Shown: positions 63,982-64,000 of the stretch, piece after piece
How the letters are laid out: each line of letters begins with the position of its first letter
Position numbering within the stretch: the first letter of the stretch is position 1
Source of the DNA: Lingula anatina
Taxonomy: Eukaryota; Animalia; Brachiopoda
Length of the DNA stretch: 64,000 nt
Assembly: GCA_051362555.1 (NCBI GenBank)
Contig: CM120640.1
Span: forward strand, 10,664,001 to 10,728,000
Direction: 5' to 3'
Program-made: the position numbers and the translations under genes
Notes under the pieces: model-generated
The model's database searches: none
The model's input: only the letters and a program-made list of their open reading frames with translations
What the model was told of the DNA's origin: nothing

Positions 63982-64000
63982 TTACAGCACTTAATGAATT

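Overview
AT-rich, intron-containing genomic DNA from an invertebrate animal; a mollusc or other lophotrochozoan is a guess from repeat style only. I reconstructed the genes by hand from GT-AG junctions. There are two head-to-head fatty-acid elongases: an ELOVL4/ELOVL8-like gene on - (CDS 7305-1763) and an ELOVL4-like gene on + (CDS 10900-14409). The + gene carries two tandem homologous, same-phase exons for TM6-TM7 only 59 nt apart, which look mutually exclusive. Next come two tandem paralogous single-pass membrane microproteins of a family I do not recognise (21872-22084, 25921-26193), TXNL4A/DIM1 (-), and NDUFA9 (+, from 34105, last exon not found in the window). Much of the rest is mobile DNA. 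It includes a young non-autonomous LTR element with an intact orphan 373-aa ORF, several nested Helentron/DINE-1-like families, a ~145-bp satellite array full of DR1 motifs, MITEs, and RTE-LINE and Penelope fragments. Most short ORFs in the supplied track are repeat-derived or shadow ORFs. All alignments and counts are by eye.
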